A stretch of DNA of 62,902 nt, filler included, from Rhabdomonas costata (taxonomy: Eukaryota), in NCBI GenBank assembly GCA_019059605.1. It is 57 parts of 57 records of this genome, joined end to end, with 100 filler letters (N's around TTAATTAATTAA, not from the genome) between each part and the next. Parts side by side here need not be neighbours in the genome. Positions count along the whole stretch, not along the records: positions 13,272 to 14,276 come from JAHMHO010034075.1; positions 14,377 to 15,382 come from JAHMHO010034076.1; positions 15,483 to 16,488 come from JAHMHO010034077.1; positions 16,589 to 17,593 come from JAHMHO010034078.1; positions 17,694 to 18,698 come from JAHMHO010034079.1; positions 18,799 to 19,804 come from JAHMHO010034080.1; positions 19,905 to 20,909 come from JAHMHO010034081.1; positions 21,010 to 22,014 come from JAHMHO010034082.1; 49 more parts are not named here. One strand, 5' to 3'. The notes beneath the pieces are model-generated. The model had not been told where the DNA came from. It saw only the letters and a list, made by a program, of their open reading frames with translations, and did no database searches. Numbering within the stretch: position 1 is the first letter of the stretch; the number at the start of each line of letters is the position of its first letter. The translations under genes were made by a program, and so were the position numbers. This document shows positions 13,518 through 24,623 of this stretch, in pieces.

Positions 13518-14382
13518 CTGAACAACGCCCCACCCCCCCACAGACACGAAGATTGAATTGCAAATTGCATGCAGATTTTTATGCACGTCACGCTTCTATC
13601 GAACTGCACAGCAGTTGCCCACTCTTCAGCAGAATGGCAAAAAATGAAGGAAAGTACGCAACAAAAACTACTCACCCTGATTTCTCATCTTTCCGCTCAT
13701 CAGTCAAAGAAGGAGGAAAGTCCGTACTCCCCCTCCAAATACGCCCTGGGAACAGCCGAGGCAGGTTGACAAACACAATGAAGAGAGCCCAAGAGCACTT
13801 CATACTGGCACCTATACTGGTCCGGAAATGGGCCATCTTGCCTAGCCAGTCATACAGAGGAGTTCGAGTATACCGACACACGGATACACAGCAGTGAAAC
13901 AAAGAAATTGTCCTAAAACGAAGGATGCGCACACTCTTGCACCGCGATGTATCGCGGTGATGTCACGATAAGCCTTGCTAAGCGCTGACAATGGGCATCA
14001 CCCTGCGCGCGGTACACTACCCATTTTGATCAATCATCTCCATTGAAACAAAACTCCATATAAACCGGTGAGAAACTTCAAATGACGATCACTCGGGGGG
14101 AGGTGCCACGAGAGTGTACTTTTCCGATTCTTTCTCGAAGTCCTTCCGGACAGCCCGCGCGCTGCCTGGGGCGGCACTGCCAGAGGCGCTGCCGCGACTG
14201 TCCAGCTCATAGCGGGTCACCCGCACACACTCGTCGCCCTCACTATCCAAGCCAGAGTCGCCACTGTCAGTCAGTTNNNNNNNNNNNNNNNNNNNNNNNN
14301 NNNNNNNNNNNNNNNNNNNNTTAATTAATTAANNNNNNNNNNNNNNNNNNNNNNNNNNNNNNNNNNNNNNNNNNNNTGTTTG

Positions 14383-14785
14383 TGGGTTAGGGTTCCGTGT
14401 CTAGCGTAGGTCGATCGTGTGAATTTCTAGCCACTGGCGTTGGGCCGTGATGCTGCTATCGTGTGTATTCCTGCGCTGATTCTGGGTATGTGTGCCTTCT
14501 GGGACCAAGATCGCTTCGGACATCCGGATAACTATGTGCATGCTAACCCTATGGTCACTCCTGCGTTGATTGCTCCTGAGTGGTTGTGGTGTGATTCGTG
14601 CGATTCCTCACAAGGCTTTGGGTATTGCGGTGATGGCAGTGTTGATTGTGTGCTTGTTTGGTGTGGTGCGTGGGTTTACGGTGGCTCCTAATGGGGGTGT
14701 GGGTGGTACGATGGGTGGGTCGGGTGCTGTGGGTTCCTCGCGCGTGTGTTCTTCTATGGGTTAGGGTTCCGTGTCTAGCGTAGGT
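14383..14785 (+). repeat. 29-bp direct repeat TGGGTTAGGGTTCCGTGTCTAGCGTAGGT at 14383-14411 and 14757-14785
   Basis: Exact duplicate; the copies start 374 bp apart and bracket most of the cob fragment. Confidence 0.9.
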
Positions 14786-14825
14786 GGTTGGGTCTGTAGC
14801 GTTGGTACTGAGGGACCTTACGTAA
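14410..14825 (+). pseudogene. cob: Apocytochrome b C-terminal fragment (mitochondrial or NUMT) with in-frame TAG and two frameshifts
   Basis: VDRVNF*PLALGRD...[23 protein letters not shown] (14410-14583); shifted frame [16 protein letters not shown] (from 14588); third frame [15 protein letters not shown]. Matches cob motifs HPDNY-ANP-TP-I-PEW, LRSIPNK and WIG. Confidence 0.88.
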
Positions 14826-15112
14826 AGGCCTCGCAGGGACAGGCCGATTCAGTCGCCAGGTGGGGAGGGCCCGTGAGTGACCGACCCATGATCTTCCTGC
14901 CCCCTCCCCCCACCCCCGGGGGGCACCACCCGAGGATTCAAATTGGAACTGTACATAATGCCCCTTGTTTCTTCGTTCGCACCGGTTCACCGTTTTGTTT
15001 CTTGTCAGCTGTTACTTGTAAGGAAAAAGCCCAAGCTCACGCCGCAACAGCCGATGAACGGTGGTTCGGGGAAGTCCTGTCATACCGCTGCGGCGTGCCC
15101 CACTCCCTCCGC

Positions 15113-15374
15113 AACACCCATAGGGCTGCGCTCGGGGAACCCTAACCCTCAAACGGCCCGAGCCCTCTCTTGGGCGTTCCAACGGATTGGCAAAAAATTA
15201 CAAAAGTCAAAATTAAAGCAAAAAGCAAATGCCCCGCTTACTCTACTACCAAAAATTCTCATTTGTTGGAACACCCATAGGGCTGCGCTCGGGGAACCCT
15301 AACCCTCAAACGGCCCGAGCCCTCTCTTGGGCGTTCCAACGGATTGGCAAAAAATTACAAAAGTCAAAATTAAA
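15113..15374 (+). repeat. 105-bp direct repeat (15113-15217, 15270-15374) at contig end
   Basis: Identical copies containing GGAACCCTAACCC; the second runs into the contig end. Confidence 0.85.
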
Positions 15375-15770
15375 CCAAAAAANNNNNNNNNNNNNNNNNN
15401 NNNNNNNNNNNNNNNNNNNNNNNNNNTTAATTAATTAANNNNNNNNNNNNNNNNNNNNNNNNNNNNNNNNNNNNNNNNNNNNGGATGGAAACAGCGTGAT
15501 CAAAGGGTTTGCTATTTAATTTCCTGTGTTTGTGCTTCTGTTGGTTGTACGTTGTAATTAGGTTGCAAGGGAGAAGGGCGGAGGCTAAAGAGCCGGCGCA
15601 AAACCCAGAGGGAGGTAGTGTGGGGATCGTAGCTGCTGCAGTTGTGGTCTTGAACGCTGCTGTGCTTGCTCTGTTGCTGCGTAAGTGCTGCGTAAGTCCC
15701 AGCCTGCTTGAAAGGAGGAAAAAAAGGAGGAGAAATAACGCTTGTGTGTATTGGTTGGGGCTGAATTAAG

Positions 15771-16488
15771 ATGTCAGAAGAAAATGCGCCCCAGACGCCA
15801 GAAGCGTTCCAGACTTTCTTGTTGCATTCATCTTCGCTGTTTCGGCAGCTGGAAGCGCAGCAGAAGTCGAATCAAGAACTGACAGACAGTCTGGTGCAGA
15901 GATTAAGAGTTACAGGGGGGCTGTCGTCTGGTTCGAGTGGAGGAGTTGCAGAGACAGCGGCAGTGCCCGTCACATTTGTGCCAGGCCGTCAGATGCAGTA
16001 GCAGGAGCTTTGCGGAAGCTGCAAGAAAAAGATCCGGAGTTTCCAAGGTACGACGGTAATGCAGCTAACTTTCTTCCGTGGTTAGTTGCAGTGGAAGAAT
16101 TGAAAGATTTTCGGAGAGTGCCGGATCAAGTTGCAATTGTGTATGCGGCGGGAGCTTTGGGCTCGTTTGCAAGGGGAATCATTGCCACGAATCAGACTTT
16201 CAGAGATTGGGTAGACTTTACGAGTACACTGGGAAAAAGATTTTGTCCGTCGACGTGGGACTACAACATTGTATGGAGGCTGGAGAACTTGAAGATGGTG
16301 AACGGATATTTTCAGAGTTACTACCAGCAGTTCATCACGGGTCGAAATCTTTTGGCAAGGACTCGGTTCGATAACGACGCGCAATTGCAGTATTTGTTTG
16401 TAAGAGGGTTGGATGGGGACATACAGGCCAAGGTGATGGCGGACGAGCCGCAGACATTGGACGAGGCATTAGAGAAGGCCTGGGACTA
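15771..16488 (+). mobile_element. Ty3/Gypsy LTR retrotransposon gag, frameshifted near 15985 and truncated by contig end
   Basis: FPRYDGN..FLPWL...WVDFTSTLGKRF...LENLKM...YYQQF...LFVRGLDGDIQAKV..EPQTLDEALEKA is a Retrotrans_gag-type signature; the N-terminal ORF 15771-16001 is in another frame. Confidence 0.8.
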
Positions 16489-17148
16489 NNNNNNNNNNNN
16501 NNNNNNNNNNNNNNNNNNNNNNNNNNNNNNNNTTAATTAATTAANNNNNNNNNNNNNNNNNNNNNNNNNNNNNNNNNNNNNNNNNNNNACAGGTCTTCGG
16601 AGCTGGGTGCGCCAGGTTTCCGTTCGACAACCATCCTAGCGTGAAACTATTCTGGGGTGGTTGTATGCTATCCGCTCCTATGCCTTCTCAGTCCCTAGTG
16701 GGAGCTTGGCGTGGACTTCCCCGGTACAAGTTTGCGCTGGAATGCTTTGGAAGTGTGCTGCTCTCACTACTGCCCCCCGAAGTTGTGGTCTACCTGAACG
16801 CTAAGCTGGGCGAGTACCTTCTGAGCCATGAGGTCGCTAGCCCCTCAGCTCTTTCTTGAACCCCCCTCCCCTGTCACCCCCCTTGCCATGGGGTTTTTCC
16901 CCGGCAACAGCAGGTGTTCTTGGGTGGGGTCGCGCTGTACAGCCCAAGGAGCGCGTTATAATTGGTCGGTGTGCTGGTGGATTGGGAGTGAGATTCTATT
17001 AATTTTAAAAGTTGAACGCTTTCCGGAAAGATTGCATATTCTCGTTGTGGCGACAAACCTCTCAAGCCCGATCGACAAATAGATTAACTCACTCCATTGC
17101 CCTTAGCGCTTATATTCTCCCTGCTTTTGCCTCCCTTTCGTGGTGCAG

Positions 17149-17452
17149 TTGGAAAAGACCGCCGTGGCTTACGACACGGCAGGACACTACCTCAGTTTAG
17201 GGGAGCAGTGGCCGCAGGCTTGTGCCTACCTCACTGCCGCCATGGAGATGTACCTGGAGGCCTTCCGGGCGTCTACCGAGGACCCCAAAACCCTGGATGT
17301 CCGCGGGGGGGTGGGTCACCAGTTCAGCATCCACCGCGCTGCGAAGCTGCACCCTGTGGTGTTGGCGATGCTGCACAAGATCAGCCCAGAGCGGGTCGAT
17401 GCTTCCTTTCTTTCGGCATGGTGGGCGTGTGCCATACACGTCCTCCGTCATG
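17149..17452 (+). CDS. Internal exon, hypothetical helical-repeat-like protein
   Basis: gtgcag| acceptor and open GC-rich frame LEKTAVAYDTAGHYLSLGEQWPQACAYLTAAMEMYLEAF...; 3' boundary approximate. Confidence 0.4.
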
Positions 17453-20436
17453 GTGCAGCCATTTCAGTTTGGAGTCTTCAACCAGTAAAATTTTTCGGGA
17501 ACATCAGAGGTGCCCGTTTATCCGTTGCAATTGCGGTAGCCGCCAGAGCCCATCTGCACTACCCTACACCCCCACCCCAAACACACCCACCACNNNNNNN
17601 NNNNNNNNNNNNNNNNNNNNNNNNNNNNNNNNNNNNNTTAATTAATTAANNNNNNNNNNNNNNNNNNNNNNNNNNNNNNNNNNNNNNNNNNNNTGTTGTG
17701 GGTGTGTTTGGTCGGAGGATCCTCACTATAAACAGATGGGAGGGGGCTCAGTAGTGGCCAGAGTCTTAGAGTGCTCGATCACACATGAATCGGAACATTT
17801 TCGAAAATGACATTTCAGCCCGAACTTACCTCCTATGTGTCGTCTTGCGCGAACGCACCATCACCATCACCCTACTTATGCAGACAAGAACAAGAAGAAG
17901 AGACCAGAACAACCTCACTAAGCGAAGCAGGCAGGGAGAAGACAGATCCTGCCCCCAGGTACCCACCTACCAGCCACCCACCCATGCTTCCACCCGAACA
18001 CTGCTAGCACAAGACGTTCAGAATATGCCTCTCTGCGAGCTGTGCTGGACCTTCTACAACCGAAGATGATTAATAGATCTCTGATCAGGGGCACACAGCA
18101 CCAAGGGCCCAGCGCCATACCTCGAGAAGCCTGAGGAGGCACTGGCCCACTCCCAGCTCAGCCATCCGGTTCAGCGCCCGTGCCTCTGCCCTGCCACGCC
18201 ACCCCGCAGGGGCCACAAAGCCCTGCGAGGGCTGCAGCGCACGATCCATGACCTCCACTGGGACACACAGTGCCCGCAGAGCGGAGGCCAGCACGGAGAC
18301 CCCGGGGAGTTGGACGGCCGGGGATGCTCCGGCCTTCAGAAAGGTCGCAAGCCGGCGCACGACCCCAAGGTCCTGTGCAACCGCCAAACTCATGGGTGCC
18401 AGCTCACATCCAGGAAAGAAACCTCGTTCCATACAAGGTTTCGCTGACAGGTTCAGCCGCGTAGCCACACAGCGCAATGACATGAACACGCCAATGCTGA
18501 GCAAACCCCTCAAAAACGTGAGAACAGTAAAACCTTCCTTTAATAAATCTCTCGTGCGCACCACCTGAAATGGCAGGCATCTGGGGTGTAGTGTCACCAC
18601 CACGTCAGCCAGCGCCACGGCCTCCCGCTGCACTGCGGAGGGGGCCGAGTCCAGGGCCTCGCTGGCCAGAACACTGCCCAGACCTTCCACCACCACCCNN
18701 NNNNNNNNNNNNNNNNNNNNNNNNNNNNNNNNNNNNNNNNNNTTAATTAATTAANNNNNNNNNNNNNNNNNNNNNNNNNNNNNNNNNNNNNNNNNNNNGG
18801 TTGTGGTGGAAATTCCTTCAATCGAGGTCGTCTGGCTAAGTTTCCCAAGCCTAAACCAAGCCAGACGACCTCGATTGAAGGAATTTCCACAGGCAACAGG
18901 CCGTCATCATCCACATCCACATATGCGGGAGCGGTTCAGAAAGTTGGTGAGAAGACTCGGACTGTAGTGGTTTGCGACCATGTAGAGGTAAGTTGGGGTT
19001 GGGGAAGTGGTGGAAAGGAAGCGATGCAGACGGATGGACCAGGGTGGGGAGCAACCACGTCTTCCACAGTTACACAGGCCGGACCCTCGATGTCGTCCAC
19101 AGTACCAAGTGAAGCGGTTGCGAAGCCCAAACCATTCACAGTTCCAGAGTCAGACCCAATGGTGAAGGACATAGATAGCAGACCACTTCCAGAAGGATCA
19201 TTGCCCAGAACTAAGGATGCAGAGTATTGGGAGGCTTTGCGTTGGTTGGTTCCAGGGGATATCTTGTCATGAAGACTCCAGATCCTTTCAGATCAGTACC
19301 ATCTTCCTCCACAGACAAAGTACGAGGTTGAGAGGCGTTTCATGGGGTTGCAGGGTTTGAAGACCCATCCCCATATGGCGATGGATTTCCAGACTAAGGC
19401 GTTTCTGAGGAGAGAGCGCAGAGAGGAGCCACAGCAGTTGAGCTGAGAGCGTTGTTGGATTCGTTGAGTTCCAGTGGAGTGAAGGAACAGCAGCTGCGGA
19501 ATGAGACTAACAGACTTCAGACGTTGTTGAATGTTATCTCTCCAGACAATATGGTTTACTATTCCTCCAAAGTGCCAGCTTACTACAGAGTAGCGCGGTT
19601 CGTGGGATACCTACAGAGAATGGACCTATCAGATCCGTTTACAGGTTTCGCAAGGAGGATAAGTTGTCCGTGCTCTACGCGTTGGTACCCAGGCTTAGAA
19701 CCAAGGGTGATTCGCCCAGTCCAGACCCGTATGGGTTTTTCACAGATGCTATCCTGGTGATTCCACCAGAGTGGAAGGCCAGGTTGCGCGGGTTGCAGGG
19801 CATGNNNNNNNNNNNNNNNNNNNNNNNNNNNNNNNNNNNNNNNNNNNNTTAATTAATTAANNNNNNNNNNNNNNNNNNNNNNNNNNNNNNNNNNNNNNNN
19901 NNNNTTTGCTCAAGATTTAGCACCTCCGTGCAAAAAGACGTGTTTTTTTTGCCTTGGTCCTGTTAGGAAATAGAGAGTGAGGGCATGGAATCTGGGGGCA
20001 TGGCTGTGAATCAAGAAGGTTTCCGAATTTTCGGAAAACACGACAACGCGGACCTTGCCGGTAACGGGGAATGAGACACATTTAATCTCGCGATGCTCGG
20101 AAACCCAGGCAATCCAGCTCCAAAACTTGCGCAAGAAACTGGATTGCTGAACCTTAAGTATCTAAGTTTGCACCCTACAGCACAGTCAAGCAATTTATGA
20201 GCAGTACTATAGGGCAAGGAGAATGGCAAATGTATAGAAGGGATGAGTCGATCTCTTGGCCGATTCATAATGAAACATCAACGTCTCCTTCGACATGTCA
20301 TTGTGGCGCATTCCGATCATCCATAATCCAGTATCCGTGGAAAACGCAGCGTGACAGCCACCGCAGGCTTTGCTGGCTGGCCATTTATTCTCAAAACAGC
20401 GCGCGACCCTTCCCGAGGTCAAGGGTTGGTTATGTT

Positions 20437-20807
20437 TCAGCCCTTCTTCTGCTTCTGGAGTTCTCTCATAAACTCCTGGAACTCCTCACGCTCGTCGGCG
20501 TCCTCCCCAGCCTCTTCTTCGTCTTGCTCGGCGTCCTCCATCGCATCCTCACACTCCTCGGCGCTGTCCTCGTCTTCCTCTCGGGGTCTTGGGCCTGTCC
20601 TTGCCTTCCCCCGGGTGCCCTCCAGAGAGAGCCCCTCCACGGCCTGGGCAGTGCTGTGAAGGTCCCGCTTCAGGCGCCGCAGCTGCTCCTCTTCGGAGCG
20701 CTGGCGGGCGGCAAGCCCCTCCTGCCGCCTGGCCAGCATGGCGGGGTAGAAGCTGCGGTAGTACTCCTCACGGCTGCGCTGGAGGGCCTCAAAGAGGGAC
20801 TCCAGTC
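20437..20807 (-). CDS. Last exon, GPN-loop GTPase 1 (GPN1/XAB1)-like C-terminus
   Basis: GLESLFEALQRSREEYYRSFYPAMLARR, then coiled coil, acidic tail and EFQEFMRE...*; cag acceptor. Confidence 0.55.
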
Positions 20808-22114
20808 CTGCGCAATGACCCAGAGAATACGGAAGGGCTCAATGACTGCCAACAAAACGTCCGTGTGGATGTCAACACCATTAGAGCACCAAACAGAATA
20901 AAAAACCACNNNNNNNNNNNNNNNNNNNNNNNNNNNNNNNNNNNNNNNNNNNNTTAATTAATTAANNNNNNNNNNNNNNNNNNNNNNNNNNNNNNNNNNN
21001 NNNNNNNNNGGTGGGGTGGGGGGAAACGCCGCCCACCCTGATGAAGGCTTGATGCTGCTGAAGCTGCTCCGCCAGGAAAGTCCGGTGGTGCTCCATGGTC
21101 TCACTGATGGCGCAGTGGTGAAGCTGCAGTTGTTGCACCGTCCACTTCACAAGAGCCTGCACAGCCTTGGCCTGAGTGTGCGCGTGTTGGGCGTATAGTG
21201 CTGGGTGCCGCCTGACTGACTGTTGGTGACCATTGTGGTGAGCACTGACGGGTGCACGTGCTGTTGGCCACGGGTGCTCACTAGAGGTACCCTTCGAGAT
21301 AGAAGAAGAACAGAAGAACAAGTAAAAGAAACTTTGACAACCTTGTCACTTAGCTGCTCCAATGACTGCTCTGAGGAGGCCGGCTGGGTGGCTTCCTGCG
21401 CAGCTGACATCGGTCTATCTGAATCTCAACAACCTTCAAGTCCAGAAAATGCGCAGGCGACAGCCAGCAAAAGCAAACAAAAAGGTCAAAGCAAGGGAGC
21501 CACAAACAACTGCTTTCGGAAAAATGCAAGACAGTGGCAGCAAAAACCCCAACCCCGATGCTCCACTGAACGCACATACACATAGCACACTACCGAAGGA
21601 TAAAATCTGTGCTGTAGCAATAGGGAACTGGCAGTGACACCAGGAAAAGCATGTCTTCAATTCTTTGAACAAGGGGCTGCAGTGGGATGCGCATTTGACC
21701 ACATATATAAATGGGAATGCCATTCAAAAAATGTCCGTTTTTCTGAAAGAAACATTGCTGGGTAGCATATACATTAAAAAGCCTCTCAAAGGATGACAGT
21801 GACGAAGTTGAAGTGCGCTGGGTGGTGCAGATAAAACACAGGCAAAACAAAGTCGCACAAAAGCACTGTCACGCAGAACCCTCGTCAACCAATGCGCACT
21901 AGCACTGCAAGGAAATCATATGAGCAATGGGGCATCTCATTGGGGAGTGCTGGCGCCGAAAGGGGCCTGTGGTTACGGCGGGACGCCCCCCAAACCCACC
22001 AAACACACCCACACNNNNNNNNNNNNNNNNNNNNNNNNNNNNNNNNNNNNNNNNNNNNTTAATTAATTAANNNNNNNNNNNNNNNNNNNNNNNNNNNNNN
22101 NNNNNNNNNNNNNN

Positions 22115-23119
22115 GGGTTGGTGGGTGCTGCTGCGGCTGTGGCTGTGGCTGCTGCTGGTGCTGCCTCTCCGCCTCCATTTTCGCTCGGGTGGTGTGGTGC
22201 AGGAAACTCAGCAGGGCGGGCGGCACTGTGGCCTTGTTGACTGGGGAGTTGGGGGCATTGATCCAGTCGAATAAGGGGCGGATCAGCTCCGAGTGGGCCT
22301 CCAGGAGATTCATCTGTTGGGTCTGCGGAAGCTGCAGCACCGCGCCGAAGGTGCGCGGGGCGTACACCACGACGGCCTTGCAGAAGCCCTTCCACAGGAT
22401 GGAGATGTCCCACACCCCGCGGCTGAGGAGCTGCGGGAGGTAGCGGCTGACGGCGAAGTCGACGAGCTTTGGGAACTGCGCCATGCACTTCAGCATAGTG
22501 CGCATCAGCAGGATGGGCAGAGGGTCCAGGGTCACCAGCCTGCACCCGACATAAAAACTTTCCCTTCCCTTCCAGTTTTTTTTTATTTTTACATTTATCC
22601 ACATTTATCCATCTTCGTTCACTTTTTGGGGTATTCTACCCCTCGCTTGTTCCTGGTCTTATTTTAGGAGCTGGTGCATTTCTTTGCATTTCTTTCGAGA
22701 AGGGGAGCATTCAACGTTTAGCAGTGCTAAACAATTTGCATTGTAGACCAAGTTGCGCTTTCATTCAACAGTTCCATTTTCCAATTGTGGTATTAATTAT
22801 CTGCGTGTCAGCTTCGACTCAGTTGAAGTGAGAATAAAATCGACTTCACATAAGCATTTGGCTGCCGGCTGTCAGAGTGTAGCTTTTTCCGGAGAGGAAG
22901 CAGAAACAAAAAGAAACAAAACCATAGAAAACAGAAGAGAGATGAGAGCAAACATACGCACTTGTTCAACACACTGGCCACCGTGGTGAGGTTGTAGACG
23001 TCCTTCTTCAGCACCAGGTCGATTGCATTGGAGGCGCGGCGGACGTCCTGCAGCTCGTGCAGGAACACCACCAAGTCCACTGCACTGACCCGAGTCTCCT
23101 CGCCGGCGCCACCACACAA
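22115..23119 (-). CDS. SYMPK: Symplekin C-terminal domain, two exons (22962-23119 and 22115-22539)
   Basis: DLVVFLHE...VYNLTTVASVLNK|LVTLDPLPILLMRT...FP.L..F...L..L..RGVW....LWKGF......P.TF..VLQLP; the GTGCGT...CAG intron keeps phase. Confidence 0.85.
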
Positions 23120-24453
23120 NNNNNNNNNNNNNNNNNNNNNNNNNNNNNNNNNNNNNNNNNNNNTTAATTAATTAANNNNNNNNNNNNNNNNNNNNNNNNN
23201 NNNNNNNNNNNNNNNNNNNTGTGTTAGGTGAGTTTGGATTTGGGTTGATGCTGAGGCGAAATCCGGAAAGGGGGAAAGGGGGTTGAATAGATCGCCCTGG
23301 ACATCACCTCACAAACCACGTAATTTGTCATGTCAGTGCCCAAATGCGAGCGCTTTCCCACAATTTAGCCATTTGGAGGATGCAAAGTTTTGAGCATTTT
23401 TGCGATCCAATGCGTAGAAAAAATATTCTCTATACTTTCTAATCCTTTGATTTTGGACAAATTCTTTGGAAACTGGAAAATTACCATGCACACGTCGTGG
23501 TATCTTGACAGCAGGTTGGCAGAATTGCGTTTCTTCTTTTCACGGTTTTGGCTAGCCAGCCTCCCCCTCCGGACTGCTTGCAATTATGCGTCACATTAAA
23601 AATCAATAGTTTATGAAATATAAATGATCATAGCGATATTTTTTGTTTTTACACGGCTGAACGAGAGGGCGAAGCCGAGGCAGGCCCGGGTCTTTTGTGC
23701 GTAAAGTGGGCCTCCAGAAACGCTGCGTGGCCGGACCTTGCACCCTCAGGCCGGGACCCACCCGTGCCCCTTGGCGGCTCTTAATATTTCCTTAATTGTT
23801 TTTTTAAATCTTGTGCCGCTTCTTTCCCCAGCGCAGCGAAGGGTTTGTCGACAGCACCACAACGCATGTACAAAAACCCACCTGCCTCTATCCCCGCGAT
23901 GGGGAGCACACCAAAATCACTCAGTGAATGCCGGGACCAGGTCCATCTGGAGCTCGATTGTGTGCTTCCATTTATGGAGGCGCCCATAGCGATATTTCGG
24001 AAATACAATAAAAAACAACAACGAGGGTTTAAACGATTAAACGTGACCAATATGTCTTCCCTTCAAGTTCATGTCAATTTTTATTTTCGAATTCACTTTG
24101 AACGCCTGCAACATGACCATGGATGGCTGTGATCTGAAGTAATGGCGCTGCCAGTGGATAGTGCTCCTGCGCTGGTGAGCGAAAGATAAAAAGCAACAGG
24201 GAAACTGGCAGGCCGACCACAACCNNNNNNNNNNNNNNNNNNNNNNNNNNNNNNNNNNNNNNNNNNNNTTAATTAATTAANNNNNNNNNNNNNNNNNNNN
24301 NNNNNNNNNNNNNNNNNNNNNNNNCTGTCATACCAAATGGTCATACCAAATGGTCATACCTGTCATACCAAACGCCCTTCCTCCCTCGTGTGTTAACAAA
24401 AACACAAGAGCGCAGTGGATCCAGACGGATGCATACACTTGTCACTTGCTCAG

Positions 24454-24623
24454 ATGGTGACGATCTCGGAGGACCTGCTGTGCCTGGTGGGTGTCGAGCA
24501 GCGCACGGTGGACTGGGTGCGGCTTTCGGGCCACCCCACAGCCATCGCGCAGCACCTGGGCCAGGGCTCCGCCGCGGTGGCTGCGGCCACCTGCGAGCCC
24601 TACCGCGGGGTTGCGGGAATCAA
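24454..24623 (+). CDS. Internal exon, hypothetical protein
   Basis: cag|ATG GTG ACG ATC TCG GAG GAC...AAG|gtctgt; GC-rich open frame. Confidence 0.4.
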
